From positions 1-25,673 of the IMG/VR virus record IMGVR_UViG_3300020045_005333: a DNA stretch of 25,673 nt, one strand, 5' to 3'. Source of the stretch: a virus. Its lineage: Duplodnaviria > Caudoviricetes. The notes under the pieces were generated by a model that was not told the DNA's origin, did no database searches, and worked only from the letters and a program-made list of their open reading frames with translations. Shown in pieces: positions 22,549 through 25,673 of the stretch. The position numbers and the translations under genes are program-made. Every line of letters starts with the position of its first letter. The stretch's first letter is position 1.

Positions 22549-24718
22549 ATTTTCAAGTTACCAAAATAAAGAGGACAAAAACAAAATTGATATTGATGTT
22601 TCAGACTATATTAATTTTGTTAAGAATGGCAAGTATCAGGATATTATATTAAAGGCACGAGCTGTAAAATCAGATAAAAAAGCCTACACTTCATATAAAA
22701 ACGAAATGCCTGGAATAACCGGATCTGCTGTAATGAATCAAGGAAGTAAGGTTGAAAGTAATATTCAGGAAATGAACGGCTTGATTGTTATTGATATTGA
22801 TGACGATGTAGATATTGAAACCATAACCAAAATTAACGAGGATAAATATACTTTTATTTCGCACCGTTCATTTGGTGGTGATGGAGTTTGTATTTTCGTG
22901 AAAATAAATCCGGTTAAGTTTACAGAATCATTTAATGACTTGGGTCAGTATTATTGGGATAATTTTAATTTAACAATAGATCCGAGTTGTAAAAATAAAA
23001 ACCGATTGCGTTATTTTTCTTACGATCCTTATTTATTCCATAACGAAAATGCAAAGAAATTTATTGCAAAATCTAAAATAGAGAAACCAAAAACAAAAGA
23101 AAACTTTGTATTTGTGCAGGATGATTTTACTCAGGTATTGGATAAAATTTCCGGTATTGATCTTTGTCAAGATGATTACCAACGTTACGTAAATATAGGC
23201 TTTGCAATTGGTTCTGAATTTGGTGCGTCCGGTTTAAATTATTTTAAAGCTATTTGTCAAAACGGTTCAAAGTACGATCCTAAAAGCATTGAGCGTCATT
23301 ACGCAAACTTCTGTAAAAAAGGAACTATTACAATATCTACTTTTTACCATTACGTTAAACAGGAGGGTATCGAAATTTATAGCGATAATACAAAGAAAAC
23401 AATAAAGGCTGTATCACTTCAAAAAGCACAAGGTAATCCAACTATTGAAAGTGTAAAGAAGCATATTGTAGAAATATTAAAAATCGAGAATCCTGATGAA
23501 GCACTTATAAAAAAACTTATTGAAAGTCCAATAAAATACGAAATTGAGGACGATGATACAGAAGTAAACCAACTTAAAAATTTCATTCAGGAAAATTTCA
23601 ATCCGGTTCGCGATAGCATTACAAACGAAATATTCGTAAACAAAATTATACTTGATGACGTAAAACTAAACACTATCTATTTTTCAGCAAAAAACGTTTT
23701 AGATTTTAACGTAAATAAATCAGATGTACGCGATATGATTAATTCAGAAGCAACTGAAACATTCAATCCTTTAAACGAATTTTTTAAAGTAAAGGAATTT
23801 GAAGTAGGAATACTTGATAAATATATTAACTGCATACAGCCAAATAACGAATATAATCGATGGGCATTTAAAAAATGGATTGTTGGGTGTGTTCATAATT
23901 GGATAAGTCCTATTCAGGAAACAAAAGTAAGTCCTTTGACTTTGGTATTATGCGGACAGAAACAGGGCACCGGTAAAACTTCTTTTTTTAGAAACCTATT
24001 GCCAGCTGATTTAAAAAAATATCTTATTGAGCACAAAATTGACGCAAAGGATAAAGACAGTATTTATAATTTAGTAAAAGGATTGTTAGTACTTGATGAC
24101 GAGTTTGGAGGTTTAGCAACCCGCGACGTAAAGGATTTTAAAAAGATAGCGGACGCGAACCAAATTGACATCCGGCTCCCATATTCCGCGTTCTACTCAA
24201 AAATGAAACGTAGGGCGTCATTATGCGGAACAAGTAATGAGAGTGATGTATTAAAAGACGTTACAGGAAACAGACGTATTTTGCCTATTAATGTAGAGCG
24301 TATTGATTACGATACTATGATTAAATTAAATACGGACGATCTTTGGCGTGAGGCTTATAAATTATACCGAGAGGATTTCGACTGGAAAATATATTCTGCT
24401 GCAGACTTTGATTATTTGCAACAGCATACATTAAAAAATATTGAAGTAATGCCTATTGAAGAATTATTTTTTAGCAGGTTTTCATTAATACAAACAGAAG
24501 TCTTTACTGAATATAAAGTTATGAATCAAGGCGAAATTATGAACTACATAAATTCAAATACTTCTACCAGAATAACAAAATTTGAGGTTAAAGATATTTT
24601 TACAAAAAACAAAATGATTTATAAAAATATTACATATTTTGGAGTTCAGAAAAAAGGAATTGTACTTTATTTAAAATCTAATTTATCAGAACAAAACGAA
24701 AATGAAGTGCCTTTTTAG
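22535..24718 (+). CDS. Primase-helicase (BT4734/VirE_N, PriCT-2, VirE/VapE ATPase)
   Basis: IVIDID, SFGGDG, DPSCKN..RLRYFSYDP; NIGFAI...KYD...TISTFYH; Walker A GQKQGTGKT, DDEF, GTSN, DVTGNRR. Confidence 0.9.
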   Translation: METIRFSSYQNKEDKNKIDIDVSDYINFVKNGKYQDIILKARAVKSDKKAYTSYKNEMPGITGSAVMNQGSKVESNIQEMNGLIVIDIDDDVDIETITKINEDKYTFISHRSFGGDGVCIFVKINPVKFTESFNDLGQYYWDNFNLTIDPSCKNKNRLRYFSYDPYLFHNENAKKFIAKSKIEKPKTKENFVFVQDDFTQVLDKISGIDLCQDDYQRYVNIGFAIGSEFGASGLNYFKAICQNGSKYDPKSIERHYANFCKKGTITISTFYHYVKQEGIEIYSDNTKKTIKAVSLQKAQGNPTIESVKKHIVEILKIENPDEALIKKLIESPIKYEIEDDDTEVNQLKNFIQENFNPVRDSITNEIFVNKIILDDVKLNTIYFSAKNVLDFNVNKSDVRDMINSEATETFNPLNEFFKVKEFEVGILDKYINCIQPNNEYNRWAFKKWIVGCVHNWISPIQETKVSPLTLVLCGQKQGTGKTSFFRNLLPADLKKYLIEHKIDAKDKDSIYNLVKGLLVLDDEFGGLATRDVKDFKKIADANQIDIRLPYSAFYSKMKRRASLCGTSNESDVLKDVTGNRRILPINVERIDYDTMIKLNTDDLWREAYKLYREDFDWKIYSAADFDYLQQHTLKNIEVMPIEELFFSRFSLIQTEVFTEYKVMNQGEIMNYINSNTSTRITKFEVKDIFTKNKMIYKNITYFGVQKKGIVLYLKSNLSEQNENEVPF

Positions 24719-24972
24719 GTAGTTTCTACCTAAAATAAAAAAAAAGGTAGGAAAAAGGTAGGGTAAAAAAGTCAATGATATCAATGCTTTAACTATAATA
24801 ACTACCTTTCTACCTTAATTATATAAAATAAACTACATATAGAACATTATTTTACTTTTATTTATAGATTAATGAATTATATTTTACATATATAACTAAA
24901 TAAAATCGATTTTCGCAAAAAAGGTAGATTGGCTGAAAATCAATTAGTTATAAAAATAAGCCTACCTTTTTT
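24713..24972. repeat. Origin-of-replication candidate: eight AGGTAG/CTACCT hexamers, two IHF-consensus sites and an AT-rich tract
   Basis: AGGTAG at 24717, 24745, 24756, 24922; CTACCT at 24726, 24802, 24810, 24962; WATCAAN4TTR at 24779 and 24938. Confidence 0.7.
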
Positions 24973-24978
24973 AAAATT

Positions 24979-25311
24979 ATGACAGAATCACAAATACAAC
25001 AGCAAATTATCATTTTTGAGAATAACACCTATTCAATAAAAAATGAAAGCTTAATTTTCGCAGTCCCAAACGGTGGCACTCGAAATATTTTAGAAGCAAA
25101 ATTATTAAAATCAACCGGAGTTATGCCTGGAGTTTCTGATTTGATATTGATGGTTAAAAACAAAATTTACTTTATTGAGTTAAAAGCCGAAAAAGGAATC
25201 CAATCTGATTTACAGAAAAAGTTTGAAAATAAAATTACTAACTTGGGTTTTGAATATTTGATATTCCGATCCGTTAACGAATATAAATTATGGAGAGTTA
25301 CAACCTACTAA
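24979..25311 (+). CDS. VRR-NUC domain nuclease (110 aa)
   Basis: ESQIQ, FAVPNGG.R, GVMPGVSDL, FIELK, QS..QK.F. Confidence 0.88.
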   Translation: MTESQIQQQIIIFENNTYSIKNESLIFAVPNGGTRNILEAKLLKSTGVMPGVSDLILMVKNKIYFIELKAEKGIQSDLQKKFENKITNLGFEYLIFRSVNEYKLWRVTTY

Positions 25312-25433
25312 TCCAATTTTATGACTACCATTGTAATTTATTTATTGATGGTAAGATTTGTTACGAATACTTTGTAGCAATCGAAAACGAATATTTGAAA
25401 CGATATAAACTATTTACGGTATGCCTAAACTAA
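25290..25433 (+). CDS. Hypothetical 47-aa protein (MESYNLLIQF...), not in ORF track
   Basis: Overlapping chain of ORFs with AAATT-ATG context. Confidence 0.55.
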   Translation: MESYNLLIQFYDYHCNLFIDGKICYEYFVAIENEYLKRYKLFTVCLN

Positions 25434-25573
25434 TAACAAAACACAATCCCGTTTATACGATAGATGATCGTGTTAGGGATTTACGTCGGGCGTACATCGA
25501 TAAAGATTGGGGGAAAGTTAAGGAGTTGGGGGGTTATTTAAACTATTTTTATTATGGCATCACAGAAAATTAA
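25421..25573 (+). CDS. Hypothetical 50-aa protein (MPKLITKHNP...), not in ORF track
   Basis: Overlaps neighbours on both sides. Confidence 0.55.
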   Translation: MPKLITKHNPVYTIDDRVRDLRRAYIDKDWGKVKELGGYLNYFYYGITEN

Positions 25574-25673
25574 AAAAATAATATGGTCTTTATTCGATAG
25601 CGAAACAGCTATAACGCAATTATTGAATTCAGATGAATATATAATTTATTCAATTGGGTTACCGAGTTCAACA
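25554..25673 (+). CDS. Partial ORF, possibly DNA cytosine methyltransferase-like (MASQKIKKIIWSLFDSE...)
   Basis: Open to the window end; IIWSLFDS resembles SAM-binding motif I; only 40 aa visible. Confidence 0.4.
   Translation, partial: MASQKIKKIIWSLFDSETAITQLLNSDEYIIYSIGLPSST

Noticed and set aside
24713-24972. Repeats as a CRISPR array or transposon ends
   Set aside because: Only 6-11 bp, alternating orientation, irregular spacing, no cas or transposase gene.
1-25673. tRNA, integrase/att, DGR, invertible fibre cassette, stop-codon recoding
   Set aside because: No cloverleaf, recombinase, reverse transcriptase or long duplicated segment seen by eye; genes read intact in the standard code with all three stop codons used.

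Overview
AT-rich segment of a tailed dsDNA phage (siphovirus-like) or prophage, probably infecting Bacteroidota, most likely Flavobacteriaceae. The host call rests on TAnnTTTG promoter elements, A-rich start contexts without Shine-Dalgarno sequences, a DUF3127-type SSB and a BT4734/VirE-type primase-helicase. Layout: (1) 12-12520, + strand morphogenesis and lysis: tape measure, XkdF-like protease/scaffold, major capsid, tail tube, portal (downstream of the capsid), adaptor, fibre genes, three membrane proteins plus a 48-aa peptide, GH19 endolysin, a moron-like 88-aa gene and a unimolecular spanin. (2) 12559-19351, - strand array of small early genes, including an amino-methyltransferase, YopX and HTH proteins. 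(3) 19448-end, + strand recombination and replication: putative SSAP, YqaJ exonuclease, SSB, SF2 helicase, primase-helicase, origin-like repeats and VRR-NUC. No integrase, terminase, tRNA or CRISPR is seen. Most notable: (a) three sequence-unrelated promoter leaders (2231, 11494, 20886) share one RNA architecture, in which the transcript 5' end is complementary to the apex of a long terminator-like hairpin just before the start codon, a candidate undescribed attenuation switch; (b) the main tail-fibre-like protein carries a Sec signal peptide; (c) a peptide plus 4-TM protein pair sits inside the lysis cassette; (d) the origin candidate is built from AGGTAG inverted repeats bracketing two IHF-consensus sites. 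All family calls come from motif recognition by eye; no searches or folding programs were run.
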